Below are positions 29,197 through 39,714 of a stretch of DNA of 64,000 bases, one piece after another. The DNA is from Candidatus Omnitrophota bacterium (GTDB lineage Bacteria > Omnitrophota > Gorgyraeia > DTHP01). Position 1 is the first letter of the stretch. The number at the start of each line of letters is the position of its first letter. Below the pieces are notes generated by a model. It saw only the letters and a list, made by a program, of their open reading frames with translations, was not told the DNA's origin and made no database searches. The position numbers were made by a program, and so were the translations under genes. The stretch spans positions 9,935 to 73,934 of the forward strand of contig JAMWCW010000004.1 in the NCBI GenBank assembly GCA_023819145.1, given 5' to 3'.

Positions 29197-32100
29197 ATGA
29201 AACATGCCAATTTTGTCCATTTACATACACACACCCAGTATAGTCTCCTAGACGGTGCTTGCCGAATTTTGGAACTGATTGACCTTGCTAACCAATTTCG
29301 CATGCCAGCCTTAGCCATAACCGACCATGGAAATATATTTGGAGCCATAGAATTTTATCAAGCGTGTATGGAGAAAGGAATCAAACCGATTATCGGATGC
29401 GAAGTCTATGTGGCTCCCAATAACCGTTTTGAAAAAACCTCTCATGGCATTCAAGATGCAGCTCATCATCTTACGCTTCTGGTAAAAGATGAAGAGGGAT
29501 ATAAGAATTTAATAAATCTTGTTTCCAAAGGATATCTTGAAGGTTTTTATTATAAACCTCGTATTGACAAGGAACTGCTTAGCCAATACTCACATGGTTT
29601 GATTGGTTTAAGCGGTTGTCTGAAATCAGAACTTTCTTATCTTCTCAACACTGAACAAATTAAGATTGCCCTGGAAACTCTTGAAGAGTTTAAACAGATT
29701 TTTGGAAAAGATAATTTTTATATTGAAATACAAGACCAGAATTTGAAAGAACAGAATAGAATAAACAAAATGGCCATAAACTGTGCTAAAGAACTTAGTC
29801 TACCTACGGTGGCTACTAACGATGTGCATTATCTTTATGAAAAAGACGCAGCCGCTCACGAAATTCTCCTCTGCATTCAGACACAAACCAATATAGAAGA
29901 CCCTAACCATATGCGTTTTGGTTCAAATGAATTTTATTTCAAAACGCCGGAAGAAATGCAAAGGAAATTCAGCGAAATACCCGAAGCAATTACCAATACC
30001 ATAGCCATCACTGAACAGTGCAATCTGGAATTAGACTTCAATCAGATACACTTACCACATTTTTCTCCTCCCGAAGGAAAATCAAAGTTTGAGTATCTAA
30101 AGGAATTATGTGAAGAGGAACTGTATAAAAAATATAAAAATCCAAGTGAAGAGGTTCTAAAACGCTTGGACCACGAACTAAAAATAATAAAAGACTCTGG
30201 TTTTGTAGGCTATTTTCTAATTGTATGGAATTTTGTCCACTACGCAAAATCACAAAAAATACCTGTAGGACCAGGACGTGGTTCGGCAGCAGGTAGTTTA
30301 GTAAGCTATCTGCTCGGTATCACCGATATTGATCCTTTAAAATATGGGTTACTCTTTGAAAGATTTCTCAACCCTGAAAGAATCAGTATGCCCGATATGG
30401 ATATAGATTTTTGTTATGAAAGAAGACAGGAAGTAATTGACTATGTGGTAAGAAAATACGGTAAAGAATGCGTCGCTCAGATAGTTACTTTTGGAACGAT
30501 GATGGCACGAGCAGTAGTAAGAGATGTGGGTAGAGCTCTTAATATGCCTTATGGGGAAGTAGACAAAATTGCAAAATTAATTCCCCATGATCCTAATATA
30601 AATCTTCAACAGGCTCTCAAAATAGAACCACAGTTACACTACTTGTATAAAAATGACTCTCAAGTTCATAAACTTATTGATATCGCACTTTCTTTAGAGG
30701 GTTTAACACGTCATATTTCTACCCATGCTGCTGGAGTAGTAATTGCAGAAAAGCCTCTCACCGAATACATCCCATTATGCAAGATGGGAGACGGCCAGAT
30801 TATTACTGGATATTCTATGGATGCTCTGGAAAAGATGGGACTTCTCAAAATAGACTTCCTTGGCTTAAGAACCCTTACGGTAATCAATGAAACAATAAAA
30901 ATAATTCAGCGGGCAAGGAATATATCTTTGGACATTAATAATATCCCAATGGATGATAAAAAAACTTTTAGAGTCCTACAGAAAGGTGAAACTTCTGGCA
31001 TATTTCAATTAGAGAGTGTGGGAATGAGGGAACTACTAAAAAGGATAAAACCAGAGAAATTTGAAGACATTATTGCCATCTTAGCGCTTTTTCGCCCCGG
31101 TCCACTGGGAGCGGGTATGGTAGAAGATTTTATCAAACGAAAAAGGGGAGAGGTTTCTGTAAGATATGATCATAAGAAGTTAGAACCGATTCTGAAAGAA
31201 ACCTATGGAACAATTCTGTATCAAGAACAGGTTATGCGTATCGCTTCTGAAATAGGAGGATTCAGTATGGCTCAAGCGGACGTGCTTCGTCGCGCTATGA
31301 GTAAAAAGAATCCAGAAGTAATGGACCGTGCAAGAAAGTCTTTTATAGAAGGAGCTTCACGAAACGGCATAAATATAGATACAGCAAATAAAATCTTTAA
31401 CCAAATAGAATTCTTTGCAGGATATGGTTTTAATAAGTCGCACTCTGCGGCCTATGCTTTAATTTCCTATCGGACTGCATATCTGAAGGCAAATTTTACT
31501 CCTGAGTTTATGACTGCATTACTCACAAGTGAAAAAGATAATACAGAAAAGGTGGTTCAATATATCAACGAGTGTTTAAGATTAAATATAAAAGTCTTGC
31601 CTCCGGACATAAATGAAAGTTTCGCTAATTTTACCTTGATTTCTTACGATACTATTCGTTTTGGACTTACAGCAATAAAAAATGTTGGTGAGACAGCAGT
31701 AAACGAAATAATAAAGGCAAGGAATAATAATGGACCTTTTAGGAGTCTTTACGACTTTTGTGAAAGAGTTGATTTAAGAACCGTTAACCACAAAGTAATC
31801 GAAAGCATGATAAAATGTGGAGTGTTTGATAGGTTTGGTCTAAAAAGAGCCCAACTTATGGCTATATTAGATGATGCTATTGAAGTAGCAAATAGTCTAC
31901 AAAAAGATAGAGTAGTAAAACAAAACACCTTTTTTGATCCCTTTAGTACTTCTGTATTTCGCAGGAGCTACAAACCTATACCAAACATCAAGGAATGGCC
32001 GGAAAATCAACTCTTAAATTTTGAAAAAGAATTATTAGGATTCTATATTACTGGACATCCTTTGGCAAAGTTTGAAGAATTGATAAAAAAATACTCCAAT

Positions 32101-32670
32101 GTAAAAATTGCAGAATTAAATACCCTTAAAGATGGCGATGAGATATTTCTATGTGGAATGATATCCAGATTTAAAAAAACTACCACCCGAAGACAAAACG
32201 AACTTATGGCGGTTATGATGGTAGAAGACCTTTCGGGAGAGGTCGAGGTAATTGTTTTTCCAGAAATATATAGAAAATTCGAAAAGTTTATTTACAATAA
32301 TAGTTGCATATTACTACACGGTAAACTTTCTTTACGTGAAGATTCTCCCCGTATCATTACAACCGAGATATTCCCTTTAGAAGAAGTCAAGAAAAGATTC
32401 ACAAAAGCAATAATTTTAAAGATTGGACAGAGTTTACTTGAAGAAGATTTGAAGGAATTGAAAAATTTATTCGCTAACCATCCAGGAAAAACTCGAATAA
32501 TATTTGAGTTTCATAATGACTCTACGAATAAGTCTTGGCTAGATTTAGGCAAAGAATTGGAAGTGGAGCCCAATAACGACCTTATGCAAAGTATAAAAAA
32601 TATTATCGGAAATGAAAATATAGATTATGTTCCTGTTTTTGTTAATAATTATATTAAGAAAATAGTTTGA
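29197..32670 (+). CDS. dnaE: DNA polymerase III alpha subunit
   Basis: HLHTHTQYSLLDG, GRGSAAGS, MPDMDIDF, FNKSHS; 1157 aa, no intein. Confidence 0.98.
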   Translation: MKHANFVHLHTHTQYSLLDGACRILELIDLANQFRMPALAITDHGNIFGAIEFYQACMEKGIKPIIGCEVYVAPNNRFEKTSHGIQDAAHHLTLLVKDEEGYKNLINLVSKGYLEGFYYKPRIDKELLSQYSHGLIGLSGCLKSELSYLLNTEQIKIALETLEEFKQIFGKDNFYIEIQDQNLKEQNRINKMAINCAKELSLPTVATNDVHYLYEKDAAAHEILLCIQTQTNIEDPNHMRFGSNEFYFKTPEEMQRKFSEIPEAITNTIAITEQCNLELDFNQIHLPHFSPPEGKSKFEYLKELCEEELYKKYKNPSEEVLKRLDHELKIIKDSGFVGYFLIVWNFVHYAKSQKIPVGPGRGSAAGSLVSYLLGITDIDPLKYGLLFERFLNPERISMPDMDIDFCYERRQEVIDYVVRKYGKECVAQIVTFGTMMARAVVRDVGRALNMPYGEVDKIAKLIPHDPNINLQQALKIEPQLHYLYKNDSQVHKLIDIALSLEGLTRHISTHAAGVVIAEKPLTEYIPLCKMGDGQIITGYSMDALEKMGLLKIDFLGLRTLTVINETIKIIQRARNISLDINNIPMDDKKTFRVLQKGETSGIFQLESVGMRELLKRIKPEKFEDIIAILALFRPGPLGAGMVEDFIKRKRGEVSVRYDHKKLEPILKETYGTILYQEQVMRIASEIGGFSMAQADVLRRAMSKKNPEVMDRARKSFIEGASRNGINIDTANKIFNQIEFFAGYGFNKSHSAAYALISYRTAYLKANFTPEFMTALLTSEKDNTEKVVQYINECLRLNIKVLPPDINESFANFTLISYDTIRFGLTAIKNVGETAVNEIIKARNNNGPFRSLYDFCERVDLRTVNHKVIESMIKCGVFDRFGLKRAQLMAILDDAIEVANSLQKDRVVKQNTFFDPFSTSVFRRSYKPIPNIKEWPENQLLNFEKELLGFYITGHPLAKFEELIKKYSNVKIAELNTLKDGDEIFLCGMISRFKKTTTRRQNELMAVMMVEDLSGEVEVIVFPEIYRKFEKFIYNNSCILLHGKLSLREDSPRIITTEIFPLEEVKKRFTKAIILKIGQSLLEEDLKELKNLFANHPGKTRIIFEFHNDSTNKSWLDLGKELEVEPNNDLMQSIKNIIGNENIDYVPVFVNNYIKKIV

Positions 32671-32694
32671 CATGGATTATTACTGTGATAAAAT
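32667..32694 (+). promoter_or_regulatory. sigma70 promoter of mreBCD-mrdA-rodA (TTGACA-16-TAAAAT, extended -10 TG)
   Basis: Motif overlapping the dnaE stop codon. Confidence 0.6.
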
Positions 32695-32746
32695 ATATAC
32701 AAATAAAACAATACAAGAATAACCTTTAAAATATAGAGAGGGGAAA

Positions 32747-33811
32747 ATGAAGATATTTGATTATATCCCACGGGGGCTTAATTATTTAATGGGGCTTTTT
32801 TCAAATGATATGGGAATTGATTTAGGCACAGCAACTACTTTGGTCTACGTGAAGGGAAAGGGGATAGTACTCTGTGAACCATCGGTAGTAGCCATTGAAC
32901 GCGGAACAAATAACGTCTTAGCGGTTGGAGAAGAAGCTAAAAGAATGTTAGGAAGAACCCCTGGTAATATCATCGCTCTTAGACCCATGAAAGACGGTGT
33001 CATTGCGGATTTTGAGATAGCTGAAAGAATGTTGCGTTATTTTATCAATAAAGTCCATGAACGAAGAGTTCTTGTAAGGCCACGCATTGTAATCGCCATA
33101 CCCTCAGGAATTACCGAGGTAGAAAAACGTGCGGTTAAAGATTCTGCGCTTCATGCCGGTGCAAGACAGGTTTATCTCGTTGAGGAACCCATGGCTGCTG
33201 CTATTGGAGTGGGTTTGCCTATTCAAGAACCTGCTGGGAATATGATCATAGATATCGGTGGAGGAACCACGGAAATAGCGGTAATTTCTCTCGCAGGAAT
33301 TGTCCTCTCGAGAAGTATTAGGGTAGGTGGAGATGAAATGGATGAGGCAATTATTGAGTATTTAAAAAAGACTTATAATCTGATGATTGGTGAACGCACT
33401 GCAGAAGAAATTAAAATTAAGATTGGTTCTGCCTATCCTTTGGAAGAAGAAATGAATATGGAAGTAAAAGGAAGAGACCTCGTAGCAGGATTACCCAAAA
33501 CAATCACCATTAACTCTGAAGAAATTAGAGAAGCAATGCAAGAACCTATTAGAGCCATCGTAGAACTAACTCGTTTTGCTTTAGAAAAAACCCCACCAGA
33601 ATTGTCTGCCGACCTTATAGAAAGAGGAATTGTGCTGGCAGGAGGAGGTTCACTTTTACGTGGTATAGACAAATTAATATCAGAAGAAACGGGGCTTCCT
33701 GTCCATGTAGCAGATGAACCATTGACCGCAGTGGCTTTAGGAACAGGTAAGGTCCTCAATGAATTGAAGTATCTAAAAAGAGTAACAGTTTCCACAAAAC
33801 TTGAATCATAG
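32747..33811 (+). CDS. mreB: Rod shape-determining protein MreB
   Basis: [30 protein letters not shown]. Confidence 0.97.
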   Translation: MKIFDYIPRGLNYLMGLFSNDMGIDLGTATTLVYVKGKGIVLCEPSVVAIERGTNNVLAVGEEAKRMLGRTPGNIIALRPMKDGVIADFEIAERMLRYFINKVHERRVLVRPRIVIAIPSGITEVEKRAVKDSALHAGARQVYLVEEPMAAAIGVGLPIQEPAGNMIIDIGGGTTEIAVISLAGIVLSRSIRVGGDEMDEAIIEYLKKTYNLMIGERTAEEIKIKIGSAYPLEEEMNMEVKGRDLVAGLPKTITINSEEIREAMQEPIRAIVELTRFALEKTPPELSADLIERGIVLAGGGSLLRGIDKLISEETGLPVHVADEPLTAVALGTGKVLNELKYLKRVTVSTKLES

Positions 33812-33846
33812 AGAAAAGTACGGAGGGTTGTATTTCTTTTTAAGAT

Positions 33847-34623
33847 GTGAAGAAAAAATCTTCTTCTAAATACTATTTTTTATTAATATTATGTATCGTC
33901 CTTCTAAGTATACCCCGTAAAAACACCGAGAAATTAAGAAACTCCTTCATAAAATTCTTTAAGCTTCCTCTCACCGTTTTAACAAATACTGCCTATTTCC
34001 TGATGCATCATTATGATTATAAACAGATAATTAGTGAGAATAAGAAGCTAACGGAAGAAAACATAAAATTGAGATTAGAAAATTGGCAACTTAATCATCT
34101 CCGTTTAGAAAACCAACAACTACGCAGCCTTCTGGAGTTTAAAAAAAATGCGCTTTATTCCGCCATCACGGGGGAAGTGATTGGTTTCGATTATTCAGAG
34201 AATAGGAAGATAATTTTTGTCGATCTTGGTTTTAAAGAAGGAGTATATAAAGAGATGGTCTGCTTGAATTCCGCTGGTCTTATCGGAAAGGTAATAGAGG
34301 TAGGAGAGAGTATATCCAAAATAATGTGTATAAACGACCCCAATTCACGAGTACCTGCAATGACGGAAGATACACAAGAAATTGGTTTAGTATATGGAAC
34401 CATGGAAGGAGATAAGTTACAAATGAAATTTATCTCTTCAGAGAGTAAAACAAAAATAGGGGCAGTTGTAGTTACCTCAGGATTAGGGAATATCTATCCC
34501 AAAGGTATTGTTATTGGAGAAATCAAAGATATTATAAATTATGGTTTTTATAAAACTGCAATAATTAAACCCAAGGTAAATTTTTTAAAACCCAGAACCG
34601 TAATTCTGCTAAAGCAAAAATGA
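33847..34623 (+). CDS. mreC: Rod shape-determining protein MreC
   Basis: ENQQLRSLL, GLIGKV, VVTSGLGNIYPKGI. Confidence 0.92.
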   Translation: MKKKSSSKYYFLLILCIVLLSIPRKNTEKLRNSFIKFFKLPLTVLTNTAYFLMHHYDYKQIISENKKLTEENIKLRLENWQLNHLRLENQQLRSLLEFKKNALYSAITGEVIGFDYSENRKIIFVDLGFKEGVYKEMVCLNSAGLIGKVIEVGESISKIMCINDPNSRVPAMTEDTQEIGLVYGTMEGDKLQMKFISSESKTKIGAVVVTSGLGNIYPKGIVIGEIKDIINYGFYKTAIIKPKVNFLKPRTVILLKQK

Positions 34624-35093
34624 AAAAATTAATTTTCATCGTTTTAATCACATTCTTTTCCATCTTCATAGACTACACTCTTATTCCCATAATTCCTCCG
34701 CCTTTAAATAATTTGAGATTTGCAATATTAAGTTTTGTTCCTATCATCATAACTAACTCTAAAATAATTCTTTATTATGCTGTTATTGCCGGATTATTCA
34801 AAGATATTTTGAGCTCTTATCCCTTTGGAATTTATACACTGTCTTTTATCATTACTGCTTATATAATCGCTATTTTATCAAGATGGATAGTAAAGGATAA
34901 TATGTATACAAAATTTTTATATACAACAGTTGCTTTAATACTCGTATCCTTAATACCGAATATATGGGATTATAGTTTTAATCCCTACGCTTCTGGGAAC
35001 ATTATTGCGAAAGAAACCATTGCCAAAAAAATAATTATAAATAATATCTTTGTTACCTTCTGGTATGGTTTACTCATGAAGATATTAAAATGA
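34620..35093 (+). CDS. mreD: Rod shape-determining protein MreD
   Basis: Polytopic membrane protein, AGLFKD...FG; position after mreC. Confidence 0.8.
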   Translation: MKKLIFIVLITFFSIFIDYTLIPIIPPPLNNLRFAILSFVPIIITNSKIILYYAVIAGLFKDILSSYPFGIYTLSFIITAYIIAILSRWIVKDNMYTKFLYTTVALILVSLIPNIWDYSFNPYASGNIIAKETIAKKIIINNIFVTFWYGLLMKILK

Positions 35094-36808
35094 ATATATA
35101 TCGTTTAGAAAAATTATTCTTAATATGTTTCTTGTTTCTTATTATTATCCTTTGGTATTATCAAATAATAAAGGGAGAATATTTCTTTTCCCTTAGCGAA
35201 AAAGGACGTATAAGAATTATACCTTTTCTCTCAGAAAGAGGAAAAATTTTAGATAGAAACGCCAAAGAACTTGCTACATATATACCCATATTAAACATTG
35301 TAGCTATTCCCCATATCTTAAAAGATAAAAAAATGGTTTTTGAAGAATTAAGCAACATACTGGGAATACCAACTGAGGAGTTGAATAATAAATATGAAAG
35401 AAATTTGTATTTTCCTTTTATGCCGGTTGTTCTTGTTAAAAACATCTCTTTAGATAAAGTATTTATTATAGAAGAGAAAAAACCAGAACTGATGGGTATA
35501 GATATAGAAGTGTATCCACTACGGTTTTATCCTTTTGGCCCAGTAGCATCTCATCTCCTCGGTTATCTGGGCGAAATCAGTTCAGAAGAACTTTCTGAAT
35601 TAAAACCCTATGGATATAGGATAAAAAACCTTGTCGGGAAAATGGGAATAGAAAAAACCCTAGATGTATATTTACGAGGAGAGAATGGTGGTTTGCAAGT
35701 TGAAGTAGACAATTTTGGAAACATAGTTCGGACCATTGGAGAGAAGAAAGCTTTACGCGGTAAAGATATTCACTTAACCATTGAAGCGGACTGGCAGAAA
35801 AAAGCCCATTCTTTATTAAAAGGACTTAATGGAGCTATTATTATTATGGATGTTAACAATGGAGAAATTCTAACCATGGAAAGTTCACCTACATTCGACC
35901 CAAATATATTCCTTGCTGAAGAAGAACAGAAAATACAGTCGGTCCTAACTTCTCATAGGGCAATTTTTTTAAATAGAGCTACCAAGGTAAACATACCACC
36001 CGGTTCTATATTTAAATTAATTGTTGCTATTGCAGGTCTAACCAGCGGTAAAATAACTGCCTATACACAATATAAATGTGAAGGGAAATTTTATTTGGGT
36101 TCGGGTGAGTTCCGCTGTTGGTTAGAAAATGGCCATGGCTATGAAACAGTAGTTGAGGCAATTAAACACTCATGTAATATATTCTTCTACAAACTGGGGT
36201 TAGAATTAGGCATAGAAAGAATAAAAAATTTTGCTGATTTATTTGAATTAGGAAAAAAAACGGGCATAGAAATAGAAGAAAAAAACGGATTCATTCCCAC
36301 TCCTAAATGGAAACAAACGAAATTTAAAGAAAGATGGTTCGAGGGAGATACCGCAAATATTTCTATTGGACAGGGATACATTTTAGTAACTCCACTACAA
36401 ATATTACGCTTGGTAGCTGCCATCGCTAATGGAGGATTTCTTATCAAACCACATCTTGTAAAAAGTATAGAAGGAATCCCCATACAGGATACAACAAAAG
36501 AATATACCGGTATTAACCCGAGGATTTTGAAAATAATTCGGGAAGGAATGTTTAAAGTAGTAAATGAACCGAATGGAACTGGGAGTCGAGCAAATGTAGA
36601 AAAATTGGAAATTGCCGCCAAAACTGCCACAGTACAAACAACCAGGGGCAACTCCCACGCACTTATTACTGGTTTTTTACCTTATTCAAATCCAAAATTA
36701 TGCTTCATTATTTTTCTCGAACATGGCGGCAGTGGAGGAGTAGAAGCTGCCGAGTTATGCCACAATCTATTTTCTGCACTGAAAAATGGAATTGTTGAAT
36801 ATCAATGA
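35090..36808 (+). CDS. mrdA: Penicillin-binding protein 2
   Basis: RGKILDRN, SxxK (GSIFK), SxN (SCN); third motif reads KTA instead of KTG. Confidence 0.93.
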   Translation: MNIYRLEKLFLICFLFLIIILWYYQIIKGEYFFSLSEKGRIRIIPFLSERGKILDRNAKELATYIPILNIVAIPHILKDKKMVFEELSNILGIPTEELNNKYERNLYFPFMPVVLVKNISLDKVFIIEEKKPELMGIDIEVYPLRFYPFGPVASHLLGYLGEISSEELSELKPYGYRIKNLVGKMGIEKTLDVYLRGENGGLQVEVDNFGNIVRTIGEKKALRGKDIHLTIEADWQKKAHSLLKGLNGAIIIMDVNNGEILTMESSPTFDPNIFLAEEEQKIQSVLTSHRAIFLNRATKVNIPPGSIFKLIVAIAGLTSGKITAYTQYKCEGKFYLGSGEFRCWLENGHGYETVVEAIKHSCNIFFYKLGLELGIERIKNFADLFELGKKTGIEIEEKNGFIPTPKWKQTKFKERWFEGDTANISIGQGYILVTPLQILRLVAAIANGGFLIKPHLVKSIEGIPIQDTTKEYTGINPRILKIIREGMFKVVNEPNGTGSRANVEKLEIAAKTATVQTTRGNSHALITGFLPYSNPKLCFIIFLEHGGSGGVEAAELCHNLFSALKNGIVEYQ

Positions 36809-37881
36809 GTTATAAAAATAATTATTATAAAATTCTCCTTACGGTGATAATTCTTTTGTCTATAGGAATTTTTTCTCTAACTGGTGAGGAGGGTTTTAAA
36901 AAAGAACCACCGCTAAAAGATAATCTTGTATTTAAGCAACTAATGTGGGCATTTATAGCCATACTGATATTTTTATTCAGTTATTTTTGGGGATACAGAA
37001 GATTCCTTGATATTTCTATTCCCCTCTACTTTGTAGTCCTAGGACTGCTTCTTTTAGTTTTGGCCTATGGTCCCATTAGGTCTGGTGCACAGAGGTGGCT
37101 AAAATTATTCGGTTTAAACTTCCAACCTGCTGAATTTGCTAAATTGGCTATGATACTCAGTGTAACGCGATACTTTGTCTCCCATAAGGATGAAATTAAA
37201 AAAACGATGGTCTTTATCGTTGCCTTAACAATGGTTATACTCTATATACTGCTCATCTTTCTGCAACCCGATCTTGGTTCTGCGGTCATACTCATTCCTA
37301 TTTTTATCTCTATTGCTTTTATTTGCAATGTCAATAAGAAAAACATTCTGGTTTTATTTTTGTTAGGACTATTATTTTCTCCTTTATCATGGCATATATT
37401 AAAAGATTATCAAAAACAGCGCATTCTGGTGTTTGTAAATCCGAATGTAGATCCATTAGGAGCAGGCTATACGGTAATCCAATCAAAAATTGCCATTGGT
37501 TCAGGAAAAATATTTGGTAAAATTTGGCTTAAAAAAACTACCCAATTTAGCTTCCTACCCGAAAGCCATACAGATTTTATCTTTGCTTCTATCGGTGAAA
37601 AACTAGGCTTTTTAGGAACGAGTTTGATAATCTTAATTTATTACCTGCTTCTCAGGGAAATATTGAGTATAGGAATTGTAACTGCTGATTTAGAGGGAAA
37701 AGCAATTACGGTGGGAATAGCTACTATGCTTTTTCTTCATATTTTTATCAATATTGGAATGAGTCTGGGAATCTTACCTGTAGTGGGCATACCTCTTCCT
37801 TTTATAAGCTATGGTGGTTCTAATTTAGTATTAAATATGATGGCCTTAGGAATAGTGGCATCCATTGAAAAAGAACATTAA
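36805..37881 (+). CDS. rodA: SEDS peptidoglycan polymerase RodA
   Basis: GAQRWL, QPAEFAK, QPDLG, PESHTDFIF, PFISYGGS. Confidence 0.94.
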   Translation: MSYKNNYYKILLTVIILLSIGIFSLTGEEGFKKEPPLKDNLVFKQLMWAFIAILIFLFSYFWGYRRFLDISIPLYFVVLGLLLLVLAYGPIRSGAQRWLKLFGLNFQPAEFAKLAMILSVTRYFVSHKDEIKKTMVFIVALTMVILYILLIFLQPDLGSAVILIPIFISIAFICNVNKKNILVLFLLGLLFSPLSWHILKDYQKQRILVFVNPNVDPLGAGYTVIQSKIAIGSGKIFGKIWLKKTTQFSFLPESHTDFIFASIGEKLGFLGTSLIILIYYLLLREILSIGIVTADLEGKAITVGIATMLFLHIFINIGMSLGILPVVGIPLPFISYGGSNLVLNMMALGIVASIEKEH

Positions 37882-37900
37882 GGTCATTTAATTACTTAAT

Positions 37901-39673
37901 ATGCTCTCAAAAAATATTTTACTAAGTTTATCAAAACCAGGAAGGTATATCAATAACGAATTAAATACTTATCACCGCACCTCTACAAAAGCGACTTTGA
38001 AGTTCTGTCTGGCCTATCCGGATATATATGAAGTAGGCATGAGTAATCTGGGATTTAGAATAATTTACGATATTCTTAATCAAGAACCAGAAGTTATCTG
38101 TGAACGCGTTTTTCTACCCTGGGTAGACTTGGAAGATTTTTTAAGGAAAAATAATATCACACTCTACTCTCTAGAATCAGAAATACCTTTATGCGATTTT
38201 GACATCTTAGGAATATCCATACAAACAGAATTAAATTATACAGGGGTTTTAAACTTGCTCAATTTAGGTAAAATACCTGTTTTTGCCACGGAAAGAAAAG
38301 AAGGGTTTCCTTTGGTTATAGCTGGGGGTAGTGCATGTTTTAATCCTGAACCATTGGCTGAATTCATAGATATTTTTGTGGTTGGGGAGGGGGAGGAGAT
38401 AATTTTAGAGATAATAAATATTTGCAAAAATAGAATAAAAAATCTAAAACAAGAAAAAAAAGAAATTCTTATAGAACTTGCTCGTTTAGAAGGAATTTAT
38501 GTCCCTTCTCTTTATAATGTTGAATATTTCCCTCAAGGAACAATAAAAGAATTTTATCCTCTTATTCCAAACATCCCACTAAAAATAAAAAGGAGAGTCA
38601 TCCACGATTTAAATAATGCTTACTATCCTAAAAGAACAATCCTTCCCTACATCGAAATTATCCATGATCGCATCGGTATAGAAATTATGCGGGGGTGTCC
38701 CCATCGCTGTAGATTCTGTCAGGCAAGAAACATATATTATCCGAAACGCGAAAGAGATCCTGCGAAAATAAAGGAGTTGGCTTACCAAAATTTTCGCTCA
38801 TCAGGTTATGAGGAAATAGCTTTATTATCTCTTTCCAGCCTTGACCACCGTGATATAGACGATATTTTTTCTACCTTAAATAGTATCTTCAGAAGTCAGG
38901 GCGTAGGCATATCTCTTTCTTCATTAAGAATTAATGCTGTGATGAAAAAAATAATAAAAGAATACCAAGGAACTTACCGTAGCGGTCTTACTTTCGCTCC
39001 TGAAGTAGGAAGTGAAAGACTACGCAGAATTATAAATAAAAACATTGATATAAATCTATTTTATGAAATTGTAGAAAACATCTTTAAGCTTGGATGGAGA
39101 GGCTTGAAACTTTATTTTATGATAGGACTACCCGAAGAGAAAGAAAAAGATCTTCAGGAAATTATAGAAATGGTGGATAAAATATTAGTGATCAAAAAAA
39201 GGAATCAAAATAATTCTGGGAAAATACGTCTAAGCTTCAATATTTTTATACCTAAACCTCACAGTACTTTTCAATGGCTTCCTATGGAAGAAGAGCATTT
39301 ACTGAAAGAGAAAATAAAATATTTTAAAGAAAAAATAAGGAATAAATTAATAAAATATAATATAAGCAGTTGGGAGGAAAGTTGGTTAGAAGCTTTAATT
39401 TCAAGAGGAGATAGAAAATTGAGTAAGGTTATATTCAAGGCTTGGGAAAGAGGGGCAAAATTTGATGGTTGGAGAGAACAATTTAATTTTCCTATCTGGC
39501 AAAAGGCATTGGAAGAAACAAAAATAGACCCAAATTTTTATATCCACCGTAAAAGAACATTGGAAGAAATATTACCGTGGGATTTTATAGAAACGGGGGT
39601 TAAAAAAGAGGAGTTGGTTGCGGATTATAAAAATTTCGAAAAGTCTTTAGAGATTGACAGGATAACAATTTAG
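37901..39673 (+). CDS. TIGR03960-family B12-binding radical SAM protein
   Basis: KPGRY, YPDIYEVGMSNLG, RGCPHRCRFC, TFAPE, AKFDGW, LPWDFI. Confidence 0.88.
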   Translation: MLSKNILLSLSKPGRYINNELNTYHRTSTKATLKFCLAYPDIYEVGMSNLGFRIIYDILNQEPEVICERVFLPWVDLEDFLRKNNITLYSLESEIPLCDFDILGISIQTELNYTGVLNLLNLGKIPVFATERKEGFPLVIAGGSACFNPEPLAEFIDIFVVGEGEEIILEIINICKNRIKNLKQEKKEILIELARLEGIYVPSLYNVEYFPQGTIKEFYPLIPNIPLKIKRRVIHDLNNAYYPKRTILPYIEIIHDRIGIEIMRGCPHRCRFCQARNIYYPKRERDPAKIKELAYQNFRSSGYEEIALLSLSSLDHRDIDDIFSTLNSIFRSQGVGISLSSLRINAVMKKIIKEYQGTYRSGLTFAPEVGSERLRRIINKNIDINLFYEIVENIFKLGWRGLKLYFMIGLPEEKEKDLQEIIEMVDKILVIKKRNQNNSGKIRLSFNIFIPKPHSTFQWLPMEEEHLLKEKIKYFKEKIRNKLIKYNISSWEESWLEALISRGDRKLSKVIFKAWERGAKFDGWREQFNFPIWQKALEETKIDPNFYIHRKRTLEEILPWDFIETGVKKEELVADYKNFEKSLEIDRITI

Positions 39674-39682
39674 AGTTAAAAT
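39654..39682 (+). promoter_or_regulatory. sigma70 promoter of pilT operon (TTGACA-17-TAAAAT)
   Basis: Near-consensus; SD AGGAGG before ATG 39715. Confidence 0.65.
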
Positions 39683-39714
39683 CTTTACAAACTTTATAAT
39701 AAAAAGGAGGAGAA

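Noticed and set aside
29197-32670. Intein or intron in dnaE
   Set aside because: Normal length and continuous motifs.
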